Source of the DNA: Candidatus Udaeobacter sp.
GTDB taxonomy: Bacteria; Eisenbacteria; RBG-16-71-46
Assembly (NCBI GenBank): GCA_035496475.1
Contig: DATJEP010000030.1
Location: 1-59,022, forward strand
Reading direction: 5' to 3'
DNA: 59,022 bases
Made by a program: the position numbers and the translations under genes. Positions 43,925 to 53,637 of the stretch are shown piece after piece; positions within the stretch are counted from its first letter, which is position 1; the number at the start of each line of letters is the position of its first letter. A model generated the notes under the pieces. That model ran no database searches, was not told where the DNA came from, and saw only the letters and a program-made list of their open reading frames with translations.

Positions 43925-44611
43925 GTGCTCCCTTCGCTCCCCCATCCATCGCGGGCACGAGGCGTTGCGGGCGTGGCGCTCGTCACGCTCGCGTGGCTCG
44001 CGCTGCCGGCCATCGCCCATGCGCTCGACGTCGACGTGAGCGCCCCGCGCGCGCGCAGCGGTTATCTGTGGGTCGACGCGCGGCTGTCCGATCTCTTTCC
44101 GGCCCCGGTCGAGAGCAGCCTGTCGCGCGGGATGCCGGCCACGCTTCTGCTTCACGCCGAGCTGTGGCGGAAGCGCTCGATCTGGTTCGACCGCGTCGAG
44201 CACACCTTCGACGCCTCGGTGCGCGTTCGATACGAGGTATGGAACGACGTCTACCGGATCGAGCGAACGGGGGCGCCACCGCGCACACTCGGATCGCTGG
44301 ATTCCGTGCGCACGCTGCTCGAGCGGCCGATCGCGCTGCCGGTATGCGGTCTCGACGGGGTCGAGGAGGGCGTCCGCTACTACGTCGTGGTCTCCGCCAC
44401 GCTCGTCCCGCTCAGCGTCGAGGATGTCCAGGAAGTCGAGGGCTGGCTGTCGGGAGAAGTCGAGAGCAAGCGCCACTCGGGCTTCGGCGTGTTCACTGAA
44501 TTGCCGCAGGCGCTCTACGACACGGTGCGCAATTTCGCCGGCTTTGGCGATCGCCACGCCCGCGCGCAATCACGGGTCTTCGATGGGAGTGACCTCGGCG
44601 TCGGACGGTGA
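43925..44611 (+). CDS. DUF4390 domain-containing protein
   Basis: The segment LWVDARLSDLFPAPVESSLSRGMPATLLLHAELWRKR...VRYEVWNDVY... matches the pattern I associate with DUF4390, a family usually found beside ntrY-type kinases. Confidence 0.6.
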   Translation: MLPSLPHPSRARGVAGVALVTLAWLALPAIAHALDVDVSAPRARSGYLWVDARLSDLFPAPVESSLSRGMPATLLLHAELWRKRSIWFDRVEHTFDASVRVRYEVWNDVYRIERTGAPPRTLGSLDSVRTLLERPIALPVCGLDGVEEGVRYYVVVSATLVPLSVEDVQEVEGWLSGEVESKRHSGFGVFTELPQALYDTVRNFAGFGDRHARAQSRVFDGSDLGVGR

Positions 44612-44665
44612 GCGGCTCGCGCGCCCGAGCGAAGCGAGCCTGGTCCGGCCGGGCGGCGGCACCGG

Positions 44666-45700
44666 CTAGTTCGGCGGCGTGAAGACGAACGGCGCCTGGA
44701 ACGACGTCATCCCCGCCTTGATCGGGGGGAAGCGCCAGTCGCGGATCTGGGACAGCACGCAGCTCGAGAGCCGCTCGGAGCGGATCGAGCTGTGCACGAT
44801 GTCGGCCTGGGTCACTTCACCGGACGGCGCGACCACGATCGCGACCACGATCTTTCCGGCCAGCGAAGGATCGCGTTTCAGCTCGGCGCTGTAGCAGTAC
44901 TGAATGCCGGCGGCGTAACGCTGGATCACGGCGAGCAGCGACGCGTTGGTGCGATACACGCCGGGCGCCGCGCCCGGCGCGATCGCGTCGTCGCTCGACG
45001 CCGCGGAGGGCGCGGTCCCGGCCGACAGGCCTCCGATCGCGAGCATCGGCGCCTCCACCGAACCGTGCAGGTCGGCCGAGCCGCCGCCGTTCGGAAGACT
45101 GGCGTCGACCGAGCCGAGCTGACCCTCGGAGCGCCCGCCGCGCACGCCGCGCTCGCGCGCGCTGCGGGTCGGCTGATAGGAGCCGGTGTCCTTGAGCAGC
45201 GCCGCGACGTCGCCGAGCGTGCGATCGATGCTGGCGGTCGCACTGGCGAGCCGTGCGGTCGCCTGCTGGGCCCGCGCGCGCCCCGCGCGCGACGCGTCGT
45301 TGTCGATCTCGGAAGGCTGGACCGCGCGGCGCACGCGCTCGGGCGCCTCGGGCGGCGGCGCCGGCATCGCCGCATCGGCCATCTCGTTGACCTTGAGCGG
45401 CAGGTGAATCGGCGGGCTGACCTCTCGCGCCGGCGGAGGCGTCTCGGGCTTGATCTGAGCCATCAGCTTCACGGCGCGCTCCGGCAGCTCCACCACCGTG
45501 ACCTCGCGCTTCCAGAGCGGCGACAGCACGAACGCGATGACGAACAGCAGGCACATCAGTGCCGACGCGATCACCATGCTCATCGAGAGACGGCGTGGAA
45601 TCGCGCGCAGGAATCCGCGGCGTTCCTCGATCAAATGGAGGAACGACCATTTCAGTCGCTTCTGAACCGCCGCCGCGCTCGGACTGGTCGAGAGGATCAT
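44666..45700 (-). CDS. Single-pass, Pro-rich TonB-like protein with an AgmX/PglI-type C-terminal domain (GltG/NfsG-like)
   Basis: TM helix MVIASALMCLLFVIAFVL, a Pro-rich linker, and the C-terminus IQYCYSAELKRDPSLAGKIVV...SSCVLSQIRDWRFPP...APFVF. The ATG overlaps the upstream stop codon (ATGA). Confidence 0.7.
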   Translation of the reverse strand: MILSTSPSAAAVQKRLKWSFLHLIEERRGFLRAIPRRLSMSMVIASALMCLLFVIAFVLSPLWKREVTVVELPERAVKLMAQIKPETPPPAREVSPPIHLPLKVNEMADAAMPAPPPEAPERVRRAVQPSEIDNDASRAGRARAQQATARLASATASIDRTLGDVAALLKDTGSYQPTRSARERGVRGGRSEGQLGSVDASLPNGGGSADLHGSVEAPMLAIGGLSAGTAPSAASSDDAIAPGAAPGVYRTNASLLAVIQRYAAGIQYCYSAELKRDPSLAGKIVVAIVVAPSGEVTQADIVHSSIRSERLSSCVLSQIRDWRFPPIKAGMTSFQAPFVFTPPN

Positions 45701-46158
45701 GGCTGGCTCGGGCCACCGGAGGTCGACGGCGATTCAGCGGCGTCCGCTCGCGGAACGGGCGCGCCTCCGCTCTGAATCCGCGCCGGCAGGCCGGTGGCCT
45801 TGCCGAGCTCGGCGGCGGAGCGGAGGTAGCGGCGGTGCTGGAGATCGATGAAGCGGCGCTGATCCGATGCGGTCACGAACAGGACCTGCGGAACCGGGAT
45901 CTCGCCTTCGATGTGAATGTCGGTCAGCCGTCGCTGGGTGGAATCCGCCGCGGGCGGCTTGATGCCGCTGGCAGACGTTCCCGCCCGGGATCGCGGACTG
46001 CGTCGCGCCTTCGAGGCCGGCGCCTTCGACACCGCCGACTTCGAGGCGTGCGCGGGGGCGGCTGCGCGATCCGCGCCCGGCGCCGCGGGATCGGCCTGCG
46101 CCGCCGCGACGGTGAGGGTCAGGGCGACGAGGCCCGCGAACACGATGCGGCGCCTCAT
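45697..46158 (-). CDS. Small secreted protein (GltF/NfsF position), no recognised family
   Basis: The ATG at 46158 overlaps the upstream stop codon (ATGA). Signal peptide MRRRIVFAGLVALTLTVAAAQA. Conserved-looking core DIHIEGEIPVPQVLFVTASDQRRF. Confidence 0.55.
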   Translation of the reverse strand: MRRRIVFAGLVALTLTVAAAQADPAAPGADRAAAPAHASKSAVSKAPASKARRSPRSRAGTSASGIKPPAADSTQRRLTDIHIEGEIPVPQVLFVTASDQRRFIDLQHRRYLRSAAELGKATGLPARIQSGGAPVPRADAAESPSTSGGPSQP

Positions 46159-47051
46159 CGCTCGCCATCCTTTCCCACCAGCTTGCTCGATCCGATGCGC
46201 TCGAATACGGCCTCGAGGCTGTCGGGGTCGGCGTGCGAGCGCTCGCGATAGGCGCGGAACCATTTGAGTGCGGCGTCGTCGTCGAAGACGAAGAACTCGT
46301 CGAGGATCGCCAGGTTGTAGTAGGGCCCGGCCAGCTTCGAATCGAGATCGATCGCCTTGAGGAACGAGCGCCGCGCCCCCTCGACGTCGCCGGCCCGAAG
46401 CTGCGCGATGCCGTAGTTGTTGTGATTCGCGGCACTGTGACCGTCCTCGTTAACGGCGTCGGCGGCGAGCGAGGCGGCCGAATCCGGGTGGGTTCCGCGC
46501 AGCGTCAGGTAAACACGCGCCGACGTCAGGCTCTTCGACTCGCCGCGGACGTCCGCCAGGGTCGCGCGCGCGCGCGCCAGGTCATCGACCGCGTCGTACT
46601 CGATCGCGAGATCGGCGGCGAGCTCCGGCGGAGCCTCGCCGGGGAGCTCGCCCGATCCGCCGCGCGCGGTTTCGAGCAGGCGGATCGCCTGTTCATGGCG
46701 ACCCGACTCGAAATAGATCTTCGACAGCAGCGAGAGCGCCGGCGCGTAATGGGCATCCCGATGGAGCGACTCACGCAGCGCGCTCTCCGCCTGCCCGATC
46801 GAATCCGCGTCGACGTAGAGCTCAGCCAGCTGGAACGGCCAGTAGGGCTCGGCCGGCGCGCTCGCGCACTTCTCGCGCGCGGTCGCCTCCCTGGAAGCCG
46901 TGGTCTCGGGCACGATTCCGACCCTGGACGCGACCAGGTTGGCCCGATGCGCCACGCTTCGGACCGCGCAGCCGCTCGAACCCACCGCCATCACGGCGAG
47001 GATCACGATCACCGCGAGTCGTCGTTGCCGGTGCGGAGGCGTGAAGGTCAT
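46155..47051 (-). CDS. TPR-repeat (lipo)protein (GltE/NfsE-like)
   Basis: N-terminus RRLAVIVILAVMAVGSSGCA (possible lipobox), followed by TPR repeats. The ATG overlaps the stop codon of the giant TPR gene (ATGA). Confidence 0.7.
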   Translation of the reverse strand: MTFTPPHRQRRLAVIVILAVMAVGSSGCAVRSVAHRANLVASRVGIVPETTASREATAREKCASAPAEPYWPFQLAELYVDADSIGQAESALRESLHRDAHYAPALSLLSKIYFESGRHEQAIRLLETARGGSGELPGEAPPELAADLAIEYDAVDDLARARATLADVRGESKSLTSARVYLTLRGTHPDSAASLAADAVNEDGHSAANHNNYGIAQLRAGDVEGARRSFLKAIDLDSKLAGPYYNLAILDEFFVFDDDAALKWFRAYRERSHADPDSLEAVFERIGSSKLVGKDGER

Positions 47052-50000
47052 CGCCGGCTGTCCTTTCGGTGCGGTCGCGAATCATCCGGAGCGGCGTGGT
47101 TGGACGCGTTCGCCGGATCGTCGGCCGAGTCGTCCGCCACTTTGGCGGGCGGCGAGGCCGGCGCCAGCGGGAACTCCAGCTCGGGCCGGTAGGTGAAGCG
47201 GTTCGACAGTCGCTTCCACAGCGACACCTGAGTGCGCGCGATCCACTCGTCGTCGGAGTGGTCCTTCGCACGCTGACGCAGCACGTCACTCCAGATCTTC
47301 TCGGCGCGATCGCCGAACGCCCGGCTCCGGTCGCTGAGGACGTTGTCGTAGGCACGGCGCGCGTCTCCCTGAAGATCGGCAGGCCGCTCGCTCTCCTCCA
47401 GCGCCTTGCCGAAGGCGATCACGGCCTCGCCCATGCGGCATGCCGAGGCGTGCGCCCAGCGCGTGACGCCGAAGTTCATGCTTTCGCGGTAGAGCCCGAG
47501 CACGCGATCGAGCCGCTGCTGGCGGAGCGCGATCGACTTCGCCAGCGGCTGACGGAGGCGCGTGGCGTCGTAGACGGGGTAGGCCTCCTCGGCCTCGAGG
47601 AAGCGGACCTGAGCCAGGACCGGGTGCGACTCGAGGTCTGGGTGAGCCGAGGCAAGCCTCAGGTACTCGGCCAGACGCGACGGCGAGGGCGACGGAACCG
47701 CGGCCGCGGATCGTCGCGACTTCGAGCGCGACGGCACCGGCACGGCTGGCAGCAGCGTCGAGATCGGATGTTGCGCCGTGACCGAGGCGAGATCGCGAAC
47801 GGCCAGCGGCTCCAGGATCTCCATCGCGGTCGCGAAATCGCCGGGATAGCGGTGGAGGTATTCGAGGCGCAGCGTTTCGGCGCGATCGCCGGCGTGCGAG
47901 GATTCGAACAGGTCGGCGGCGCGCAGCAGCGCGTTGCGCGCGGTCGAGTCGGCCGGGAAGTGCGCGGCGAAGTCGGCGTAGGCCTCGGCGCTCTTCGCCG
48001 AGTCGCCGCTCGCCTCATAGGTCTTCGCGATCTCGAGGTGGGCGTCGCGCACGTATTCGCACTGCGGGAACTTCTGAATCAACGATTGCATCGCACGCAC
48101 CGAGCGGTCGTACTTGCCGGCGCGCCGGTAGTCGAGCCCCGCCAGATACTGCGCCCGCGCCGCGTAGCGATAGCCCGGCCAGTTCGTGGCGACGGTTTCG
48201 TAGAGCTCGGCGTGCTTGAGATAGGCGGTGGAGTCCGCGGCCACCGCGGCTTCCGCTTCGCGGTAGGCGCAGACCGGAATCGCTTCGGCGGCGCGGCGGG
48301 CGACCGAATCGACTCCGGCGGCGCGCGCGGTGGTCAGCGCCTGCTCGTACGCGCCGCGGGCGTCGGCGTAGCGACCGAGGCCGAACCAGGCGTCGGCGCG
48401 CAACACCGCCGCGCGCGATGCGCGGCGATCGCCTGGCGCGCGCGTGAGCATGAGGCCGAAGTGATTCGCGGCGTCCTCGAGCCAGCCGTGCGCGAAGGCG
48501 AGGTTGCCGGCCCTCCAGGTCAGGTCGGCCGAGGCGGGGTGTGAGGGGGCGCGGTCGAGCAGCTCGTCGGCGCTCCGGATGACGAGATGCGCGAGCGAGT
48601 CGCTGCCGAGCGACGTGTTGGCGATCGCCCGCGCCGCGCCCGTGCCGCGTGGCGCGGCGGCGCGCGGGTGTCCCGGCGGGCGGGTGCTCTCGTACCAGGC
48701 GTCGGCGACCGCGACCCTCTGCCACATCGCGCTGACCGAGACGCTGTCCCGCCCGTCTCCGGCCGCGGCCGTGTAGTGATGCATCGCGGTGGCGTATTCG
48801 CCGAGCCGAGTGCTGGCCTCCCCGGCCTCCATCTCGACCCGCTGGGTCGAGGGATCGTCCGGCCACTTCGCCAGCAGCTGCCCGTAGAGATCGAGGGCGG
48901 CGCGCCAGTCGTCGCGCGAGCCGCTCTCGCGCGCCTTCAGGTGATGCTCGAGCGCCACCGCCTCGATCGAAGAGCGCGCGAACTCGGAGCCCGCCGCGCG
49001 CACGGAATCCGAACGCTGCGCCCGGGCCCAGTCGCTGCCGGGCGAGAATCGCGGCGCGAAGTTGAGCCGGGCGTCGCGGGCGCCGGCGGGCCGGTTCCAG
49101 CGCTGATAGGTTTCGACCAGTCGCTCGGCGCTGATCAGCGCGTCGGACTCGAGCGGATAGCGGGTAAGCGCGAGCTCGTCGACCGCGATCGCCTCAGGGT
49201 ACTTGCCGTAGCGGCGGAATTCCTGACCCATCGAGAGCAGCACACGACGCTCGTAATCGCGCGATCCAATGCGATCGAAGTACCCCGCCAGCGCCTCGGC
49301 GCCGCCGGCTTCGGCGAGCGAGTGCACGAGATAGGTCTCGGCCTCGCGCCGGACGTCGACGCCCATCGCATGGCCGGTATCGGAGGCATAGAGATCGAGG
49401 ACGCTCCGGAACGCGTCGGCGGCGGCGAGGAACTGGTCGCGATTGAATTCCGCCCAGCCCATCTTGTAGAACGCGACCGTGCGCAAGTCGGCGTTCGAGC
49501 CCTGGGTGGCACGCCGATAGAGCGGAACGCACTCGGCATAGCGCCGGTCGGCGAACGCCATGTCGCCCATGCGGACGTAGGACTCCTGGACGTAGCGCGA
49601 CGCCGGGTACTGCCCGGTGAGCTCGGCGAAGAGCTTCGCCGCCTCGGGGCTCCCCTGTTCGGCGAGGATCATGCCGGCGTTGAAGAGCACCGCGTCGCGG
49701 TGCGCGAAGTCGCGGTCCTCGGCGAGGATCTTCCGATAGAGCGCGAGCGCGTCGTCGTGACCCAGCACCGGCAGCGGCCCGGCCGCGCCGCCTTCGGAGC
49801 GCGCCTTGAGGTAGGCGGCCATGCGCTCTTCGAACTTCTGGCGACCGTCGACGATGAGGAGATCGGCCAGCCGGAATCGCATCTCACCGCGCGCGAAGGA
49901 GCGCGGGTGGCGCGCGAGGAACGAGCCCAGCCGATCGATCGCCTCCTGCCGCCAGCGCGCCGTCTCGGGATCACTCGCGTCTGCGCCCTGAGCCGCCGAG

Positions 50001-52192
50001 CGCACCGAATCCGCCGGTTCGGATCGCGACGAATCGTCCGGAGCCTGCGGATTCGCGACGTGAAGAGCCATGAGCGTGTCACCCGGCACGAGGTGAACGC
50101 TCGCGCCGTAGGCGGAAACCGCGAGACCGTAGTCGATGCCTTCGCGCTCTCCCGCGAGCGCGGCCAGCGTGCGGGAGACCGCGGCGCGCGCGACGCGCCG
50201 GGCGAGCTGCCGGTATGCCTCGCGCCGGGCCTCGGTCTCGCGCGTCAGGCGCTCGATCCTGGCTGCGAGCAGGCGCAGCGTGTCGCTGGTGGCCGCCGCG
50301 GCGAAGCTCGAATCGATCGCGGTATGGAGCGCGCGCGCCCACATGAGCTGGTTCTCGACCTCGGCCCAGTCCGAGGAGACGCGGTCGATCAGACCCGGGC
50401 GCCACGCGTTCTCGTCGGAGCGATCGATCAGACCCGGGGCCTGCGCGGCGAGCGCGGAGGCCGACGCCATGATCGCGCGCGCGAGCGCGGTCTCGGTGGC
50501 GACCACCTCGTCCGGCAACGGGTATCCCTGAGGCGCCGGAGTGGATCGCTCCCGGTTCGGCCCGTCGAGATGGAAACGCTTCATGGCCTCGAGCCAGAGA
50601 AGGTGGTCGGTGCAGCGCTCGAGGATCGCGGCGGTGCGCTCGGCGACGCGGCGCTTCGACTCGTCGTGAACCGACTGGATCAGCGCGCGCAGGCTGGCGA
50701 GTGATTTCTGCAGCGAGTCGAGCAGAGCCGATTCGGACTCGAGGATCCCCTCCTCGTGGCGCGTGCGGGTGAGCCCGCCCTCGAGATAGCGGCGCAGACC
50801 GTCCAGCTGCTCGCGCTCGCGCTGCCACGCCCACCGCGCTCGAATCAGATCGCTCGCCGATTCGCGCGCCGACCGGCCGGCGTGCGCGACGACGTCACGC
50901 TCGGAATCGGATGGCGCGATCACCGCCCACCGGGAGAACGCTGCCACGGGTGAGGTGAGCAATGGCACGGGCCCGTCCGGACGCCGGCCGAGGTCGAGCG
51001 ACGAGGTGACGAGCTGCATGGCCGAGGCGAACGACGACCCGCCGTCGAGCAGGAGCGCGTCGTCGTCCGGAGTGGTGGTCCAACGAACCCACAGCGAATC
51101 GAGCGCGTCGTCCGCGGTCAGCCGCTCGAGCGCGTCCTGGTGCCGCGACCAGTCATCGTCCACCCTGCGGTAGAGATTCCACGCGCCGTTCCAGTCACCA
51201 TGGTCGAGGGCGAGCCCGGCGAGCGAGCGCTCGACCTCGCGCCATGAGGCGTAGGTCGTGTCCGTGCCGGACACCGACTCGAGAACGAGACGCGCGCCGG
51301 CGGAATCGCCGTGCTCGAAGTCGGCCATGCCGAGCATGTGCATTGCGCGGGCCCGATAACGGCTTCCGGTCGGAACCGACTCCAGCAGCGCACGCGGATC
51401 GCGGCCGCGAGTCAGCTCGCGCGTCGCGCGCGCGATCAGCGCGGCGGCGGCGAGGTCACGCCCGAGCGCGGTGGTGGTATCGCGACTCGAAAGCGCCTCG
51501 AGCATCGGGCCGTCGTCGAGGCCGAGCGCGCGGCGGGCGCGGGCGGCGATCTCGAGCGAGAACGGCGTGGTTCCGCCCCGCACATCGATCGCGCGGATCA
51601 GCGCGAGCGCCGCGTCGGGATGACCGGCGCGGAGCCGCAACGCGGCCTCGAGCGCATCGGTCGCGTCGTCTCCCGAGCTCGCGCTGTCGGCCGCGCCGGG
51701 CTGCTCGCCGATCTCGCCCGATCGAAGCTGGAATGCCAGCCAGCGCGTGTACAGGCTCTGATGTCGCCAGGTCGACACGGAATGCGCCAGCGCCTCGAAG
51801 CTCTCACGGCTGCCCATCTCGAGATACATCTGTCCGAGCAGGAACGCGGCGCGGTCGCCTTCCGGGAACGAAGGCTCGGACGAGAAATCGATCGCCTCGA
51901 GATTCTCGACCGCCTCGGACAGGTTGCCGCGGGCGATCTCGAGCGTGGCGCGCCCGAGCCTCAGTTGATTGGCATCGCTCGAGCCGGGAGTGGTGGTCGC
52001 GAGCGGAATGGAATTAGGGTCCGCCGGCCGCGCCGCCGCGGGCCGGGGCGACGCCGCCGGCTGTACCGCGGGATGCGCGGGCGCCGCGGTCCGGGCGAAC
52101 GCCCGACCGGGATTCGTCACCAGAACGACGGACGCCGCGATGGCACTGAGGGCGAGGAGCGCGGCGTTCCGGACGGCGACGTGCCGATTCAC
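47048..52192 (-). CDS. Giant (1714 aa) TPR-repeat envelope protein (GltD/AgmU/NfsD-like)
   Basis: GAGGAG lies 7 nt before the GTG at 52192. An N-terminal signal/anchor (AALLALSAIAASVVLV) is followed by TPR/BamD-YbgF-like repeats throughout. Confidence 0.75.
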   Translation of the reverse strand: MNRHVAVRNAALLALSAIAASVVLVTNPGRAFARTAAPAHPAVQPAASPRPAAARPADPNSIPLATTTPGSSDANQLRLGRATLEIARGNLSEAVENLEAIDFSSEPSFPEGDRAAFLLGQMYLEMGSRESFEALAHSVSTWRHQSLYTRWLAFQLRSGEIGEQPGAADSASSGDDATDALEAALRLRAGHPDAALALIRAIDVRGGTTPFSLEIAARARRALGLDDGPMLEALSSRDTTTALGRDLAAAALIARATRELTRGRDPRALLESVPTGSRYRARAMHMLGMADFEHGDSAGARLVLESVSGTDTTYASWREVERSLAGLALDHGDWNGAWNLYRRVDDDWSRHQDALERLTADDALDSLWVRWTTTPDDDALLLDGGSSFASAMQLVTSSLDLGRRPDGPVPLLTSPVAAFSRWAVIAPSDSERDVVAHAGRSARESASDLIRARWAWQREREQLDGLRRYLEGGLTRTRHEEGILESESALLDSLQKSLASLRALIQSVHDESKRRVAERTAAILERCTDHLLWLEAMKRFHLDGPNRERSTPAPQGYPLPDEVVATETALARAIMASASALAAQAPGLIDRSDENAWRPGLIDRVSSDWAEVENQLMWARALHTAIDSSFAAAATSDTLRLLAARIERLTRETEARREAYRQLARRVARAAVSRTLAALAGEREGIDYGLAVSAYGASVHLVPGDTLMALHVANPQAPDDSSRSEPADSVRSAAQGADASDPETARWRQEAIDRLGSFLARHPRSFARGEMRFRLADLLIVDGRQKFEERMAAYLKARSEGGAAGPLPVLGHDDALALYRKILAEDRDFAHRDAVLFNAGMILAEQGSPEAAKLFAELTGQYPASRYVQESYVRMGDMAFADRRYAECVPLYRRATQGSNADLRTVAFYKMGWAEFNRDQFLAAADAFRSVLDLYASDTGHAMGVDVRREAETYLVHSLAEAGGAEALAGYFDRIGSRDYERRVLLSMGQEFRRYGKYPEAIAVDELALTRYPLESDALISAERLVETYQRWNRPAGARDARLNFAPRFSPGSDWARAQRSDSVRAAGSEFARSSIEAVALEHHLKARESGSRDDWRAALDLYGQLLAKWPDDPSTQRVEMEAGEASTRLGEYATAMHHYTAAAGDGRDSVSVSAMWQRVAVADAWYESTRPPGHPRAAAPRGTGAARAIANTSLGSDSLAHLVIRSADELLDRAPSHPASADLTWRAGNLAFAHGWLEDAANHFGLMLTRAPGDRRASRAAVLRADAWFGLGRYADARGAYEQALTTARAAGVDSVARRAAEAIPVCAYREAEAAVAADSTAYLKHAELYETVATNWPGYRYAARAQYLAGLDYRRAGKYDRSVRAMQSLIQKFPQCEYVRDAHLEIAKTYEASGDSAKSAEAYADFAAHFPADSTARNALLRAADLFESSHAGDRAETLRLEYLHRYPGDFATAMEILEPLAVRDLASVTAQHPISTLLPAVPVPSRSKSRRSAAAVPSPSPSRLAEYLRLASAHPDLESHPVLAQVRFLEAEEAYPVYDATRLRQPLAKSIALRQQRLDRVLGLYRESMNFGVTRWAHASACRMGEAVIAFGKALEESERPADLQGDARRAYDNVLSDRSRAFGDRAEKIWSDVLRQRAKDHSDDEWIARTQVSLWKRLSNRFTYRPELEFPLAPASPPAKVADDSADDPANASNHAAPDDSRPHRKDSRR

Positions 52193-52203
52193 GGTGCCGC
52201 TCC

Positions 52204-53016
52204 TCAGCTATCCCCCGCACCCTGCTTCGCGTCGTTGAGCCAGGTGGTCGCACGCAGGCTCGCGGCGCCGCGCGCGGGATTCGCGGACGAGAGATCGAAG
52301 CGCAGGAAGCTGAAGCGGTCGCGCGGCGGGTCGAGCGTGACGAAGCCGGCGTCGCCGGGACTCCAGCCCCCGCCCGACATCGCGACCTGGATCACCTGCG
52401 CCCGCGGCTCGACGAATCCGTGGAAGATCTGCACCACGCCGCCCTGCTTCAGCGCCTGCTGCTGCTCGGCGGAGAGCGTGTCCGACACGGTGGTGCCGTC
52501 ATCGAGGGTGATCGCGACGGTTCTCGGCGCCTCGCCTTGCGGGCTTCCGCTCAGCACCACGACCAGCGCGGTGCGCTGGCGCCCGGTGAAGTCGGCCTGC
52601 AGCCGCGCCAGCCGGTTGCGCTGGCCGTCGAGCTGCCGGTCGAGCAGATCGAGCTGGTTCTCGAGCCGTCCGAGATCGGTGATGCTGCGCAGGAGATCGA
52701 GCTTCTTCCGCGCGTCCTCGGCGAGCGCCACCGAATCACGCGCGCCCATGATCTCCGCCAGCATGCTCTGGTATCCGAGGAAGCGCGGATCGATCGCCGC
52801 CGCCTCGCCGCGCTTCTGCAGCGCGACCTGCTTCAGGAGATCGAATCGCGCGCGGATGAAGTCGCGATTGTCCTTCAGGAATCGAAGCGTCTCGATCTTC
52901 TCCTTCGGCGGGCGTTCACGCTCGACCCGGACCTCGGTGACGGCGCCCTGGCCGAAGGCGCATGCCGGCAGCGCGAGGCCGACGAGGAGCGCTGCGGTAA
53001 CCATCGCGCGTCCCAT
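52204..53016 (-). CDS. Secreted coiled-coil protein with a C-terminal beta-rich domain, unknown family
   Basis: The ATG at 53016 lies 2 nt after the upstream stop codon. Signal peptide MGRAMVTAALLVGLALPACAFGQG. Heptad-like segment LDLLRSITDLGRLENQLDLLDRQLDGQRNRLARLQ. Confidence 0.6.
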   Translation of the reverse strand: MGRAMVTAALLVGLALPACAFGQGAVTEVRVERERPPKEKIETLRFLKDNRDFIRARFDLLKQVALQKRGEAAAIDPRFLGYQSMLAEIMGARDSVALAEDARKKLDLLRSITDLGRLENQLDLLDRQLDGQRNRLARLQADFTGRQRTALVVVLSGSPQGEAPRTVAITLDDGTTVSDTLSAEQQQALKQGGVVQIFHGFVEPRAQVIQVAMSGGGWSPGDAGFVTLDPPRDRFSFLRFDLSSANPARGAASLRATTWLNDAKQGAGDS

Positions 53017-53018
53017 GA

Positions 53019-53627
53019 TCAGCCCCTCCAGGTGCGGCGCACCTTGCCGTCGGTGGCGCTCACCACCACGAACAGCGAGGGCGCGCGGTCGGAGGAATAA
53101 ACGATGGTCCACGTCGTCTCGTCGGGATCGCCTTCGAGGAAGGGGCCGCGCATCAGCAGCATGGTCTGGAGCTTTCCACCCTGTTCCCTTCGAAACGCCA
53201 GGCCGGCGGCACGGTCGGCCGCTTCGAGCGCGGCTCCGCTGTTGATCCACTGGGTGGCCGTGGGCGGCGCCTCGAACTTCATCCCGAGGTTCTCGGCCAC
53301 CAGGATCCTGCCGTCGCGCACCGAATAGCCTCGCGCCTTCATCAGCGAAGGCGAGTAGAAGAGATAGCCCCAGCGCGTGGCGGCTCCGCCCGGACCGACG
53401 TCCTCGTCGTTCTCGACGTAGACCAGGAACGCGTCCGGCGCCCAGGCCCACGCCGCGGCGGCGCAGATCTCGACACCGGCACGCGCCTCGAATGGCGTGT
53501 AGTCGCGCGCCTCGACCGGCGCGGCGAACGCGAGCAGACCGAGCGACAGCATCGCGAGGAACGCGGCGCCTCGTCCGGCGAGAGCGTTCGAGCGGCCGGC
53601 GACCCTGATTCGTCCCTGAGGCTTCAT
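53019..53627 (-). CDS. Secreted protein, unknown family
   Basis: AGGAG lies 8 nt before the ATG at 53627. The signal peptide ends ...LLAFAAPVEA. Confidence 0.55.
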   Translation of the reverse strand: MKPQGRIRVAGRSNALAGRGAAFLAMLSLGLLAFAAPVEARDYTPFEARAGVEICAAAAWAWAPDAFLVYVENDEDVGPGGAATRWGYLFYSPSLMKARGYSVRDGRILVAENLGMKFEAPPTATQWINSGAALEAADRAAGLAFRREQGGKLQTMLLMRGPFLEGDPDETTWTIVYSSDRAPSLFVVVSATDGKVRRTWRG

Positions 53628-53637
53628 GGGAACGCTC

